A stretch of DNA of 64,000 nucleotides, taken from Acidobacteriota bacterium (lineage in GTDB: Bacteria; Acidobacteriota; Vicinamibacteria; Vicinamibacterales; UBA8438). The position numbers and the translations under genes are program-made. Numbering within the stretch: position 1 is the stretch's first letter; every line of letters starts with the position of its first letter. The notes beneath the pieces were generated by a model. The model had not been told where the DNA came from and searched no databases. It saw only the letters and a program-made list of their open reading frames with translations. The stretch lies in NCBI GenBank assembly GCA_026708265.1, contig JAPOVI010000030.1, forward strand, positions 571 to 64,570, written 5' to 3'. Below are positions 26,733-37,202 of the stretch, in pieces.

Positions 26733-27202
26733 TGCATGGCCTCCCGGACCAGGCGTTCGAACCCCGTCTTGATCCGCGTGCGCGTCTCGTCCGGATCGTC
26801 GACGAACATCTCGTGCACGTAGAGCGTCTTCCCGTCCGGGCTGACGTCGAGGCTCAGCGAACCGGGCGTCAACGAGATGAGGTTCGCCAGCACCGTGATC
26901 TGCATCGGCTCCTCGAGGTCCAGCGGCACGGCCACGATGCCCGGGCGCGATCGGTGAGCGGGCGTGATCACGTCCCACGCCACCTGCACGCCCGAGACCG
27001 TGAGCTCGTACAGGAAGTAGCCTCCCAGCCGGGCCGCCAGCAGCACGCGCTTGAAGTAGGCGGTCTGCCCGTACATGGGGCTCGACAGGCTCAGGGCCGC
27101 GAACGCCAGGAGGAAGCCCCAGACGAACGTGCTGAGGTCGAAGGTCCCGAACAACGCGCACCAGCCGCCCGCGAACAGCAGGTTGATCTGGAAGAGCCTC
27201 AT
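26729..27202 (-). CDS. mrpE: Mrp antiporter subunit E
   Basis: RPGIVAVPL..LANLISLTPGSLSLDVS..LYVH..IKTGFE. ATGA overlap with mrpD. Confidence 0.93.
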   Translation of the reverse strand: MRLFQINLLFAGGWCALFGTFDLSTFVWGFLLAFAALSLSSPMYGQTAYFKRVLLAARLGGYFLYELTVSGVQVAWDVITPAHRSRPGIVAVPLDLEEPMQITVLANLISLTPGSLSLDVSPDGKTLYVHEMFVDDPDETRTRIKTGFERLVREAMQ

Positions 27203-28701
27203 GGGCGGCCCTCGCCGAGCACGGCTTCGACGTAGTGCGAGGGGGCCATCAGCTCGGCCGCGGCCCGTTCCGCCAGCGCGTAGAGGGGCCGGGCGTAGAG
27301 TCCGATGGCCAGCGTGACGATCGCCAGCCCCGCAATGGGACCCAGCAGCAGCCACCGCCGCTCCGGCGCCACCGGGGGCGGCGGTCCGGCGTCGTCCGGA
27401 CGCGCCTTCCAGAAGGCGTTCAGCCAGATCTTGGTCATCGAATAGACGGTCAGCAGACCCACGGTCAACGCCACGCCCGCGATGACGAATTCGTCGCTCT
27501 CGATCGAGGCCTGGATCAGCAGCAGCTTCGCCCAGAAGCCGGACAGCGGCGGGAAGCCGGCCAGCGAGAACGCCGGCACGAAGAACAGCGCCGCCAGGAG
27601 CGGCTTGTCGCGGTAGAGCCCGCCGAGGCTCTCGAGGCGGGTCGAGCCGCCCAGCCGCTGGACGGCGCCGGATACGAAGAAGAGGTTCGCCTTCACGATG
27701 ATGTGGTGGATGACGTAGAAGATGCCGCCCAGCAGCCCGAACGTCGTGAAGAGCGCGAGACCCAGGATCATGTAGCCGATCTGGCTGATGATGTGGAACG
27801 ACAGGATGCGCCGCAACTCGTTCTGCGCCGCCGCGCCGAGAACGCCGGTGACCATCGTCAGGCCCGCCACCCAGAGCAGCAGCTCGTGCGTGTACCCCAC
27901 GTCGTGCCGGAAGATCAGCGTGAAGAACCGTATCAGCGCATAGACGCCGACCTTCGTCAGCAGGCCGGAGAAGACGGCCGAGACCGCCGTCTGCGGCGTG
28001 TGGTAGCTGGCCGGGAGCCAGAAGAAGAGCGGGAAGACCGCCGACTTCAGGCCGAACGCGACGATGAACACCATCGCCACCAGGGTGAGCAGCCCCTGGT
28101 CTTCGACTTCCTGCACCCGCAGGTGCAGGTCCGCCATGTTGAGCGTGCCCGTCAGTCCGTACAGCAGTCCGATGCCGCTCAGCAGCAGCGTCGTCGCGAT
28201 CAGGCTGAGGGCGGCGTAGCGCACCGCGCCATCCAGTTGCGCGGGCGTGCCTCCCAGCACCAGCAGGCCCAGCGAGGCGATCAGCATCACCTCGAACCAG
28301 ACGTAGAGATTGAAGACGTCTCCCGCCAGGAACGCGCCGCACACGCCCGCCAGCAGGGCATGCAGCAACGGATGCAGGGCGCCGGAGATCGGTCCGCGCC
28401 GCGTGTCCCCGAAGGCGTAGATCACGGTGGCCAGCCCGATCAGGGCCGAGACCGCGACCATCGCCGCGCTCAGGTGATCCGCCACCAGCGTGATCCCGTA
28501 GGGTGCGGGCCAGCGGCCGATCTGGACCGACGCGATGCCCTCGCGCCACACGCTCGCCAGCAGGCCCGCGGCCGCGGCCGAGAGGCCGAGGGCCCCGGCC
28601 AGACTCACGGCCCGTTGCGTCCTCTCGCTGCCGCGGCCCGCGAAGCCGACCACGGCCGCGGCCAACGGGATGACGATCGGACCGACCAGCAGCCAGCTCA
28701 A
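27199..28701 (-). CDS. mrpD: Mrp antiporter subunit D
   Basis: DVFNLYVWFEVML, GLKSAVFPLFFWLPASY, LLTKVGVY, PPLSGFWAK; all charged residues canonical. Confidence 0.95.
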   Translation of the reverse strand: MSWLLVGPIVIPLAAAVVGFAGRGSERTQRAVSLAGALGLSAAAAGLLASVWREGIASVQIGRWPAPYGITLVADHLSAAMVAVSALIGLATVIYAFGDTRRGPISGALHPLLHALLAGVCGAFLAGDVFNLYVWFEVMLIASLGLLVLGGTPAQLDGAVRYAALSLIATTLLLSGIGLLYGLTGTLNMADLHLRVQEVEDQGLLTLVAMVFIVAFGLKSAVFPLFFWLPASYHTPQTAVSAVFSGLLTKVGVYALIRFFTLIFRHDVGYTHELLLWVAGLTMVTGVLGAAAQNELRRILSFHIISQIGYMILGLALFTTFGLLGGIFYVIHHIIVKANLFFVSGAVQRLGGSTRLESLGGLYRDKPLLAALFFVPAFSLAGFPPLSGFWAKLLLIQASIESDEFVIAGVALTVGLLTVYSMTKIWLNAFWKARPDDAGPPPPVAPERRWLLLGPIAGLAIVTLAIGLYARPLYALAERAAAELMAPSHYVEAVLGEGRP

Positions 28702-29090
28702 TCGACCGCCCTCTCCCGCGCTTCGTCCCCGGCCCCGGCCTGCGAGGGCTCCGCGGCCCGCATGCGGTCGGTGTCCACGGTCTCCAGCTCCTGGAAGGTG
28801 CGGAAGGCAAGCACCAGGGCGAAGGTGAGCAGGCTGAAGGAGATGACGATCGCGGTCAGCATCAACGCCTGCGGGACGGCGTTCGAGACGTCGTAGAGGG
28901 GCTGGGACTCGCCGGCCGCAATCAGCGGCGGCCGGGCGCGCGTCATGCCTCCGCTGGCGAAGATCACCAGGTTGGCAGCGTGGGACAGCAGCGCCAGCCC
29001 GAAGATGAAGCGCACGAAGCTGCGGCTGAGCATCAGGTAGACGGTTGCCGCCATCAGGACGCCCACGAGCACGGAGATGATGGGTTCCAC
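28698..29090 (-). CDS. mrpC: Mrp antiporter subunit C
   Basis: GLALLSHAANLVIF..PQALMLTAIVISF. GTG at 29090. Confidence 0.93.
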   Translation of the reverse strand: MEPIISVLVGVLMAATVYLMLSRSFVRFIFGLALLSHAANLVIFASGGMTRARPPLIAAGESQPLYDVSNAVPQALMLTAIVISFSLLTFALVLAFRTFQELETVDTDRMRAAEPSQAGAGDEARERAVD

Positions 29091-29092
29091 GC

Positions 29093-31789
29093 CTACTGTT
29101 CCTTGATGCCGATGACGAAGGTCATCACGACGCCGATGACGACGAGATAGACCCCGACGTCGAACATCACCGGCGTGCCTATCTTCAGCCCGGCCAGGGT
29201 TCCCCATTGGCCGGTCAGGAACGGGGCGGCCCCGCGGATCGATCCGACGAAGCCCGACGCGATGGCGACGGCCAGTCCGACCGCGCCGACGGCGCGGGGA
29301 TCCACGCGCAGTATCCCGCGAGCGGCCTGCGGGCCGAAGACGAACGCGTACAGGCTGAGGGCGATCGACGCGACCAGACCGCCGACGAAGCCGCCGCCGG
29401 GTTGCTCGTGGCCCCGGAGCAGCAGGAACACGGAGAAGATGAGGATCAGCGGGACCAGCCGGCGGGTGGTCTCCCGCAGGATCACGGTGTTCATGATCCC
29501 CCCCGTGTCCGGAAGCGGAGCGGCCTGCCGCGGCCGGGTCCCCGGCAGCAGCATGGCGAAGACCGCGGCGCCCGCGATCGCGAGCACCGTGATCTCCCCC
29601 ATCGTGTCGAGGGCCCGGAAGTCGACCAGGATGACGTTGACGATGTTCCGGCCCTGCCCTCCGGGCACGGCGGTGCGCTCGAAGTACTGCTGGAGATCCG
29701 GTTGGGGAGGGGAGGCCGTCACGGCGAGCAGGAGCAGGGTGACGCCGATCCCGACCGTGACCGCGACGGCGGCGTTGCCCACGCGTGCGGGACCCGAGGG
29801 CCAGACCTCGTTGCTGAAGTTCGGAAGCTTCAACAGGACGATCGCGACGATCACGGTGACGAGCGTCTCGACGGTCAACTGCGTCATCGCGACGTCCGGC
29901 GCCCCGAAGAGGAGGAAGATGAGAGCCGTGCTGACCCCCACCACGCCGAGCGCGCAGATGCAGAGCAGTCGCGAGCGGGAGCGGATGATCACGATCGACG
30001 CCGCGGCGACCAGGGCGGCGAGCGACCACTCCAACAACGCTGCCTCCGTCCAGCGCACCGGCCCGGGGACCACGTCCTTGATCCAGAACGTCGCGGCCAG
30101 ACTCAGCCCGAGCGCGGCGAACACGATCAGCAGGTAGTGCCGCTGGACGCCGGATTGGAGGCGCCGGGTCTGCCAGGCCGCGACGCCGGCGATCCCGTTC
30201 ATGGCCGCGTCGTACCCCCGGTCGCCGCTGAGCGGGATCCGCCTCCCGAGGGCGGCGAGCGCTTCCGCGACCGCCCCCCGCATCCAGAATCCCAGCCCCG
30301 CCACGGCCAGCGTCGCCAGGGTCAGCGTCAGGGCCGCGCCCGTGCTGTGCCAGGGAGCGTGCCCGCTGTCGGCAACCAGGGCCTGCCCCAGCACGGCCGT
30401 CTCGGCGGGCACGAGCAGGCGCAGGAACGGGAACTCGGGGGCCAGCCCCCAATAGATGCCGACCGCACCGAGCACGACGGGGCCGCACCAGAGCGCCCAA
30501 TGGCCTTCCCGCGCCGGCTTGCCGTACGCGGGGCGCGGGCCGAGGAACGGCTGGCACGCAAGGACGAGGGCAATCGTCGCGACGGGCGCGGCGGCGAGGA
30601 AGGCGGCCCACGGAAGCCAGGCGGCGGTGTCGGGGGCGAAGCCCACGGTGTACAGGAGCTCCTTGCCGAGGAACCCGATCGAGAGCGGCGCCCCCGCCAT
30701 CGAGACGGACGCGGCGACCGCGGCCGCGAACGTGACCGGCATCGCCCTCCACAGCCCCCCGAGCCGGGCCAGGTCGCGGGTGCCGGTTGTCTTCTCGATG
30801 GTCCCCGCCACCAGGAACAGGGCCGCCTTGTAGAGCGCGTGCGCGACCAGGAACGCGAGCGCGGCCAGGACGCCCCGCGACACCTCGCCCGGCCCCGGGA
30901 CCGGCGACGCCCCGAGAAACAGGACGCAGGTGCCGAGCGCCATCACCGTCGTGTAGGCCAGCACCTGCTTCAGGTCGGACCTGCCCAGCGACACGAACGC
31001 CGCGTACACCGCCGTGACCGCTCCCACCGCGGTCAGCGTCTCCATCCAGAGCGGGGTGCCGCCGAGGAGTGGCGTGAAGCGCGCCAGCAGGAACACCCCG
31101 GCCTTGACCATCGTGGCCGAGTGCAGGTAGGCCGAGACCGGCGTCGGGGCCGCCATCGCGTTCGGCAGCCAGAAGTGGAACGGGAACTGCGCCGACTTGG
31201 TGAAGGCCCCGAGCAGCACCAGCACGACGATCGCCGTGTAGTGCGGGTGATCGGCGAAGGTCCCCTCGCTGACCAGCATCTCCCGCAGGCTGAACGTGCC
31301 GGCGGCCTGCCCCAGGACGACGAAGCCGGCCAGCATCGCCAGGGCGCCGGCGCCGGTCACGAGCAACCCCTGGAGAGCCGCGCGCCGCGCCGTGGCGTTC
31401 TCGTGCGAGTAGCCGATGAGCAGGAACGAGGTGATCGTGGTGAGTTCCCAGAAGACGAAGAGCGCGACGAGATTGTCGGCCAGCACGAGGCCGAGCATCG
31501 CCAGCATGAAGCTGACGAGGAACAGCGTGAACCGCCCGCGCTGCGGGTAGCCCCGCATGTACGCGCCGGCGAACAGGAAGATGAACGCGCCGATGCCCGT
31601 GATCAGCAGGGCGAACAGCAGGCTCAGGCCGTCGACCACGAAGTCGAGGTCGATGCCCTGTTGCGGCAGCCACGCCATCTCCCAGACGAGGACCTCGCCG
31701 GCGGAGACGGCGGGGATCATCGTGCAGAACCACACGAAGAGCACGACGGGCAGGGCAACGGCGAGACGCACGTAGGCCGGATCCGTCAC
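29093..31789 (-). CDS. mrpA: Mrp antiporter subunit A fused in frame to subunit B
   Basis: FWELTT, FTKSAQFPFHFWLPNAMAAPTPVSAYLHSATMVKAG, DFRALDTMGE. The MrpB part begins MNTVILRE..GHEQPGGGFVGG at 29494. Confidence 0.92.
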   Translation of the reverse strand: MTDPAYVRLAVALPVVLFVWFCTMIPAVSAGEVLVWEMAWLPQQGIDLDFVVDGLSLLFALLITGIGAFIFLFAGAYMRGYPQRGRFTLFLVSFMLAMLGLVLADNLVALFVFWELTTITSFLLIGYSHENATARRAALQGLLVTGAGALAMLAGFVVLGQAAGTFSLREMLVSEGTFADHPHYTAIVVLVLLGAFTKSAQFPFHFWLPNAMAAPTPVSAYLHSATMVKAGVFLLARFTPLLGGTPLWMETLTAVGAVTAVYAAFVSLGRSDLKQVLAYTTVMALGTCVLFLGASPVPGPGEVSRGVLAALAFLVAHALYKAALFLVAGTIEKTTGTRDLARLGGLWRAMPVTFAAAVAASVSMAGAPLSIGFLGKELLYTVGFAPDTAAWLPWAAFLAAAPVATIALVLACQPFLGPRPAYGKPAREGHWALWCGPVVLGAVGIYWGLAPEFPFLRLLVPAETAVLGQALVADSGHAPWHSTGAALTLTLATLAVAGLGFWMRGAVAEALAALGRRIPLSGDRGYDAAMNGIAGVAAWQTRRLQSGVQRHYLLIVFAALGLSLAATFWIKDVVPGPVRWTEAALLEWSLAALVAAASIVIIRSRSRLLCICALGVVGVSTALIFLLFGAPDVAMTQLTVETLVTVIVAIVLLKLPNFSNEVWPSGPARVGNAAVAVTVGIGVTLLLLAVTASPPQPDLQQYFERTAVPGGQGRNIVNVILVDFRALDTMGEITVLAIAGAAVFAMLLPGTRPRQAAPLPDTGGIMNTVILRETTRRLVPLILIFSVFLLLRGHEQPGGGFVGGLVASIALSLYAFVFGPQAARGILRVDPRAVGAVGLAVAIASGFVGSIRGAAPFLTGQWGTLAGLKIGTPVMFDVGVYLVVIGVVMTFVIGIKEQ

Positions 31790-32026
31790 GCCCGGTCCCC
31801 CGGGTGGACTCGTCGACCGTTCTGCGCGGGCCGCGCCCCGGCGCGACGGGACCCGAGCGCCGCGCCGGCGCGCGCCCTCAGGGCCCGGCGAGCTCGGGAA
31901 GGGAGGGTCGCCCCGCGGGTCGTCCTGCGGGCGCCGTCGGGAGCCGCCACCGTCGGGTACACTCGTACAGGATACCGGCTGCGTCCGGACCGGGCGCAAG
32001 GACGGCCGCTAGCGGGAGAAACTGGC

Positions 32027-32491
32027 ATGACGCTCGATTCCGACCTGGTCGCGACGGCGCAGACTCTCGTTCGCAAGCCCGCGTCGGATGTATTCGACGC
32101 GTTCGCGAACGCCGAGTCCATGAGCAGGTTCTGGTTCACCCGGCGTGACGATGGCTTGCGCGCAGGCGAAACGGTGGCCTGGTATCTCGGTCCGGAGCCC
32201 GATGCGCTACGCACCGACATACGGGTCACGTCGCTCGAGCGACCCAACCGGATCGTCATGGAATGGGAGAACGCGGGCGGCTTCACCACGGTGACGTGGA
32301 CGTTCGAGGAGAAGGGGCCGAACACCACCCTTCTCCGTGTCGAGGAGACCGGCTACTCCGCCGATCCGGAGACCAACCTCGCGGCCGTGCGCGACTCGAT
32401 CGGCGGCTTCAACCAGGTCATCATCGCAGCGAAGGCCTGGCTGGAGCATCGCGCGCCCATCAACGTGATCGCGGACCACGCCGGGGATTGA
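32027..32491 (+). CDS. SRPBCC/AHSA1 (START-like) domain protein
   Basis: VRKPASDVFDAF..MSRFWF..PNRIVMEW..TVTWTF..KAWLEH. GGGAG RBS. Confidence 0.85.
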   Translation: MTLDSDLVATAQTLVRKPASDVFDAFANAESMSRFWFTRRDDGLRAGETVAWYLGPEPDALRTDIRVTSLERPNRIVMEWENAGGFTTVTWTFEEKGPNTTLLRVEETGYSADPETNLAAVRDSIGGFNQVIIAAKAWLEHRAPINVIADHAGD

Positions 32492-32524
32492 CCGCACACC
32501 GCCCCGCCTCTCGCCGCGTGCCCG

Positions 32525-34249
32525 TCAGTCCTGCGGCAGCGCGAAGACCTGGAGAACCGAGCCGCCACCCGGCGGCCGCTGCATCGTCTCGGGGAACGCG
32601 ATGCGCGCGTTCCGCCAGGCGAGGCTCCAGCCGGGGCCGGACGGGATTGCGACGTACTGGCGGCCGTCGACCGCGTAGGTGATCGGGAAGCCGTCGGTCG
32701 CCGTCGGCGTGCGCGTGCGCCACAGCTCGGTGCCGTCGCGGGCGTCGAAGGCGTACATGTGGCGGTCGATGTCGCCGACGAAGACCAGCCCGCCCCCGGT
32801 GGTGAGAACCGCCGTCCCGTACTGCCAGCGGCTGCGCCGGCGCCACAGGAGCTCTCCGGTGCGGCTGTCCATCGCGACGAAGTCGCCCAGTTGCTCGGGG
32901 CTCTGCGGGTGCACGGTGAAGCGCCGGTCGTTGGGGCCGACCCCGCCGCCGCCCAGCTCGGGCGGGGGCATCGCGCCGAAGACGGAGTGCGCGCAGCCCG
33001 GCGTCAACGGGACGTAGAACGCCTCGGTCTCCGGGTGGTAGGCCATGGCCCAGAGGTTCTTCAGGCCGCCGGGGCCGGGGCAGTAGTTCACCGGCACGTC
33101 GATCTGCGGGATGCGCTCGGGGACCAGGATGCCCTGTCCGCTCACCGGGTGGATCTCGACGATGTCCTGGTAGCCGAGGTCGAACGCGTTCCGGAAGGCC
33201 CCGGTGCGCGGATCGAGCTCCCACAGGACGCCGATCTTGCCCATCTTGAAGAGCGACAGCCCGTTGCCCCGGTCGACGAGGACGATCTCGAACACCTCGT
33301 CCAGGTCGTGCGTCTCGGCGGGGATGTGCTGGAAGTACCAGCGGATCTCGCCGGTGTCGGGATCCAGGGCCAGGGTCGAGTTCGTGTAGAGCGCCGCGCC
33401 CTCGGTGCCGCGCTGCACGATGGCCCACGGCTTGGCCTGGGCGGTGGACCAGTAGATGAGGTTGGTCCCGGGGTCGTAGCTGCCCGGTATCCAGGCATCG
33501 GCGCCGGCGCGCCAGGTGAGCGGCAGGTCGCCCCAGGTGTCGCCCCCCGGCTCGCCGGGGCGGGCGACCGTCGACGTGCGCCACAGCTCGGCGCCGGTCT
33601 CGGAATCGTGGGCCGAGATGAAGCAGATGTCGTTCTTGTAGCGCTCGCACCCGGTCATGCCCGCCACCACCATGCCCTGCACGACGATCGGACCGCTGGT
33701 GTAGCGGTAGCCGAGCTCGCTGTCGGCCACCTGGTGCTCCCAGACGAGCTCGCCCGTCCGCGCGTCGAGCGCTATCAGCTCCGCCCGGCTCGTGCCGGCG
33801 AAGATCTTGTCGCCGTAGATGGCGATGCTGCGCCGCGCCATGCCGGGCCGGCGGTTGATGGGCAGGTCCTCGTCCGCGGGGACCGCCCGCCGCCGCGCGT
33901 GCTCCCAGAGGAAGTCGCCGGTGGCCGCATCGAGCGCCTGCACGCCGCTCCGGCTGGGCACGTACATGACGCCGTCGTGGACCAGCGGCGTGACCTCGTC
34001 CGTGCCGGGCTGCATCGCCCACGACCAGACGAGCTGCAGGTCGCCCACGTTCTCGCGGTCGATCTGGTCGAGCGGGCTGTAGCCCTGGCCGTCGAGGGTC
34101 CGCCGCCAGTTGAGCCAGTCGCCGTCGTCCGGGTCGAGCAACTCCTCCGTCGTGACGGGCTCGAAGTCCGTCACCTGCGCCAGGGCGAGCGGCGCCGGCA
34201 GGCCGGCCAGCAAGGCCGCGAGTGTCAACGCGCGAGCTGTCCGGGTCAT
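32525..34249 (-). CDS. Exported PQQ-dependent dehydrogenase (alcohol dehydrogenase-like)
   Basis: Signal peptide, DWLNWRRT..GYSPLDQI..NV..L, tryptophan-docking repeats, GADAWIPGSYDP, HDLD, PITYAVDGRQYV. Confidence 0.88.
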   Translation of the reverse strand: MTRTARALTLAALLAGLPAPLALAQVTDFEPVTTEELLDPDDGDWLNWRRTLDGQGYSPLDQIDRENVGDLQLVWSWAMQPGTDEVTPLVHDGVMYVPSRSGVQALDAATGDFLWEHARRRAVPADEDLPINRRPGMARRSIAIYGDKIFAGTSRAELIALDARTGELVWEHQVADSELGYRYTSGPIVVQGMVVAGMTGCERYKNDICFISAHDSETGAELWRTSTVARPGEPGGDTWGDLPLTWRAGADAWIPGSYDPGTNLIYWSTAQAKPWAIVQRGTEGAALYTNSTLALDPDTGEIRWYFQHIPAETHDLDEVFEIVLVDRGNGLSLFKMGKIGVLWELDPRTGAFRNAFDLGYQDIVEIHPVSGQGILVPERIPQIDVPVNYCPGPGGLKNLWAMAYHPETEAFYVPLTPGCAHSVFGAMPPPELGGGGVGPNDRRFTVHPQSPEQLGDFVAMDSRTGELLWRRRSRWQYGTAVLTTGGGLVFVGDIDRHMYAFDARDGTELWRTRTPTATDGFPITYAVDGRQYVAIPSGPGWSLAWRNARIAFPETMQRPPGGGSVLQVFALPQD

Positions 34250-34332
34250 GACGTGGGGTCCTCTCTCGGGTGCGACACGGCGCCCGGGCTGGCCAATGCT
34301 CGGCCTGACCCTACCCGTCGGTCGCGGGCGAT

Positions 34333-34422
34333 TGGCGGAGGGACAGGGATTCGAACCCTGGAGCGGGTTTCCCCGCCAACGGTTTTCAAGACCGCCGCCT
34401 TCAACCACTCGGCCATCCCTCC
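34333..34422 (-). tRNA. tRNA-Ser(UGA)
   Basis: GGAGGGATGGCCGAGTGG..GCGGT-CT-TGA-AA-ACCGT, long variable arm, GGTTCGAATCC, encoded CCA; 90 nt. Confidence 0.97.
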
Positions 34423-34436
34423 GATGTCGTTCCGGC

Positions 34437-35765
34437 TCACGCCCGCGGCTCGATGACCTCCAGCCCGCGCATGTAGGGGCGCAGGGCCTTCGGGATGACG
34501 ACGGAGCCGTCGCGCTGCTGCCCGTTCTCGAGGATTGCGATGAGCGCGCGGCCGACCGCGACGCCCGAGCCGTTCAGCGTGTGCACGAACTCCGGCTTGC
34601 CCTTGCCCGCCTCGCGCCGGAAGCGGATGCGGGCGCGGCGGGCCTGGAAGGCCTCCGTGTTGCTGCACGAGGAGATCTCGCGGTAGGCCTGCTGGCCGGG
34701 CAGCCACACCTCGATATCGTAGGTCTTCGCCGCCGCGAAGCCCATGTCGCCGGTGCAGAGCGTCACCGTGCGGTAGGGGAGCTCCAGGCGCCGGAGCACG
34801 GTCTCGGCGTGGCCGGTCAGCTCCTCCAGCACGTCGTACGACTGCTCGGGCGTGGCGTAGGCCACCAGCTCCACCTTGTCGAACTGGTGCTGGCGGATGA
34901 GGCCGCGGACGTCCTTGCCGTGCGAGCCGGCCTCGCTCCGGAAGCAGGGCGTGTAGGCGGCGTAGCGGATGGGGAGCGCCGCCCCGTCCACGATCTCCTC
35001 GCGGTGCAGGTTGCAGAGCGGCACCTCGGCCGTCGGGATGAGATACAGGTCCCAGTCGCCCGCCACCTTGAAGAGGTCCGCCTCGAACTTCGGCAGGTTG
35101 CCGGTGCCGATGAGCGCGTCCGACCGCACCAGGAACGGCGGCTCGACCTCCGTGTAGCCGTGCTCCGTGGTGTGCAGGTCGAGCATGAAGTCGATGAGGG
35201 CGCGGCTGAGACGGGCGCCCGCTCCGGCGAGCACCGCGAAGCGCGCGCCCGCGATCCGGCTGGCCCGCTCGAAGTCCAGGATGCCCAACGCCGGCCCGAT
35301 GTCCCAGTGCGCGCGCGGCTCGAAGTCGAACGCGGGCGGCTCGCCGTGGCGCCGCACCTCGGGGTTGTCGGCGTCGGAGCTGCCGACGGGCACGCTCGCG
35401 TGCGGGAGGTTCGGCAGCGTGAGGGCCAGCCGGTCGCGCTCGGCCTCCACCTCCGCCAGCTTCGCCTCGTGCTCCTTGATGCGCGCGCCGTGGGCCTGGC
35501 CCTCGGCCATCAGCGCCGCCACTTCGTCACCGCCAGCCGCGCCGCCGTCGCCGCCACCGCGGCCGCCGGCCTTGCGGGCGCGGGCGATCCGCTCGCCCAC
35601 CTCCTTCCGCGCGCGGCGCGTCCGCTCCAGCACCGGGAGGAGCGTCCGCCGCTCGGTGTCGAGGCGGACCAGGTCGGTCAGGGCGTCGGCGGTGCCCGGG
35701 CCGCGCGTTTCGAGGCCCGCGCGGACGTCGTCGAGGCGTTCGCGAAGCAGCGTGGGATCAAGCAT
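34437..35765 (-). CDS. serS: Seryl-tRNA synthetase
   Basis: [52 protein letters not shown]. Confidence 0.97.
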   Translation of the reverse strand: MLDPTLLRERLDDVRAGLETRGPGTADALTDLVRLDTERRTLLPVLERTRRARKEVGERIARARKAGGRGGGDGGAAGGDEVAALMAEGQAHGARIKEHEAKLAEVEAERDRLALTLPNLPHASVPVGSSDADNPEVRRHGEPPAFDFEPRAHWDIGPALGILDFERASRIAGARFAVLAGAGARLSRALIDFMLDLHTTEHGYTEVEPPFLVRSDALIGTGNLPKFEADLFKVAGDWDLYLIPTAEVPLCNLHREEIVDGAALPIRYAAYTPCFRSEAGSHGKDVRGLIRQHQFDKVELVAYATPEQSYDVLEELTGHAETVLRRLELPYRTVTLCTGDMGFAAAKTYDIEVWLPGQQAYREISSCSNTEAFQARRARIRFRREAGKGKPEFVHTLNGSGVAVGRALIAILENGQQRDGSVVIPKALRPYMRGLEVIEPRA

Positions 35766-35796
35766 CGGTGACCTGAATGATACGATTGCCGGCCGT

Positions 35797-36684
35797 ATGC
35801 CGCCGAACGTCGACGTTCTGACGGCCGTCATCCCGGCCGCCGGCCTCGGCACGCGGATGCTCCCCGCCACGAAGTCGATTCCGAAGGAGCTCCTGCCGCT
35901 CGTCGACCGGCCCATCGTGCAGTACGGGGTCGAGGAGGCGGTGCGCTCCGGCGTCCGCCGCGTCGCGCTCGTCACCAACCCCGGCAACACGCTGAGCGCG
36001 TCGCACTTTGCGCCGCACCCGGCGCTCGAGCGCGCCCTCGCCGAGAGCGGCCGCGACGAGGCGCTGGCCACGATGCGCGCGCTGGCCGCGATGGCCGAGG
36101 TGACGACCGTCCACCAGGAGACGCCCCTCGGGCTCGGCCACGCCGTGCTCTGCGGCCGGCCCGTGGTGGGCGACGCCCCGTTCGCGGTCATGCTGCCCGA
36201 CGACGTCATCGACGCCGACCCGCCGGCGCTCGGGCGGATGATCGACGTCTTCAGGAAGGTCGGCGGGCCGGTCGTGCTGGTCGAGCGCGTTCCGCATTCC
36301 GTCGTCCATCGCTACGGGGTCATCGCCGCCGAGCCGCTGGGCGGCGGCGTCCACCGCGTCACCGACCTCGTCGAGAAGCCGGCCCCCGACGAGGCGCCTT
36401 CCGACCTCGCCATCGTCGGCCGCTACGTGCTGACTCCCGACACCTTCGCGGCCCTCGAAGCGACCGGCGCCGGCGCCGGGGGGGAGATTCAGCTCACCGA
36501 CGGCCTGCGGCGGCTGCTGCGGCTGCGCCCCGTCTTCGCCTGGGAGCTCGAGGGAACGCGCCTCGACGCCGGCACGCCGGCCGGCTACCTGGAGGCGACG
36601 ATCCACTTCGCGCTGAAGCGCCGGGACCTCGCCCCCGTGATCGAGGGAGCGCTGGGCGCCGCGCGGGGCGTCGCCGGCCGCTGA
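35797..36684 (+). CDS. galU: UTP-glucose-1-phosphate uridylyltransferase
   Basis: [45 protein letters not shown]. Confidence 0.95.
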   Translation: MPPNVDVLTAVIPAAGLGTRMLPATKSIPKELLPLVDRPIVQYGVEEAVRSGVRRVALVTNPGNTLSASHFAPHPALERALAESGRDEALATMRALAAMAEVTTVHQETPLGLGHAVLCGRPVVGDAPFAVMLPDDVIDADPPALGRMIDVFRKVGGPVVLVERVPHSVVHRYGVIAAEPLGGGVHRVTDLVEKPAPDEAPSDLAIVGRYVLTPDTFAALEATGAGAGGEIQLTDGLRRLLRLRPVFAWELEGTRLDAGTPAGYLEATIHFALKRRDLAPVIEGALGAARGVAGR

Positions 36685-36779
36685 CGTCCCGCTCGGAGGG
36701 ACGGGTGGGCCGGCCCCACGGGTGGCCGCGGGCGGAACCTCGACCCGGGCCCGGCCTCTCGGTGCGTCGACCGTCCGAC

Positions 36780-37202
36780 TTAACCGGGGGCCGACGACGA
36801 GGCTGACGACGAACCCGAGCCGGTCGGCTTCGCGCCGCTGCCCGAGCCGGACGAGGCGCTCGCCCCGGAGGGCTTGCCGTCCGAGCCGGACGACGCGCCG
36901 TCGCCGGCCTTGCCGTCCCTGGACGACTTGCTCTCGCCGGATGCCTTCGCGTCCGCCCCGTTCGCCGACTTGGCGTCCCTGCCTGCCTCCGGGCCGCCCT
37001 CGGCCGGCTTCCCGTCGCCCGGCTTGCGCGCGTAGTCGGTGACGTACCAGCCCGTGCCCTTGAACTGGATGGCCGGCGGCGACAGCAGTTTGCGGATGGG
37101 GCCGCCGCATTCCGGGCACGTCGTGAGCGGCGGGTCCGAGAACTTGCGGATGCGCTCGAAGCGGTGCCCGCAGTCGTCGCACTCGTACTCGTAGAGCGGC
37201 AT
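36780..37202 (-). CDS. FmdB-family zinc-ribbon protein with low-complexity tail
   Basis: MPLYEYECDDCG..CPECGG..FKGTGWYVTDY. Confidence 0.92.
   Translation of the reverse strand: MPLYEYECDDCGHRFERIRKFSDPPLTTCPECGGPIRKLLSPPAIQFKGTGWYVTDYARKPGDGKPAEGGPEAGRDAKSANGADAKASGESKSSRDGKAGDGASSGSDGKPSGASASSGSGSGAKPTGSGSSSASSSAPG

Noticed and set aside
34250-34345. tRNA-Ser 3' end as attachment site of a genomic island
   Set aside because: No adjacent integrase and no duplicated tRNA 3' end seen in the window. It cannot be excluded beyond the left edge.
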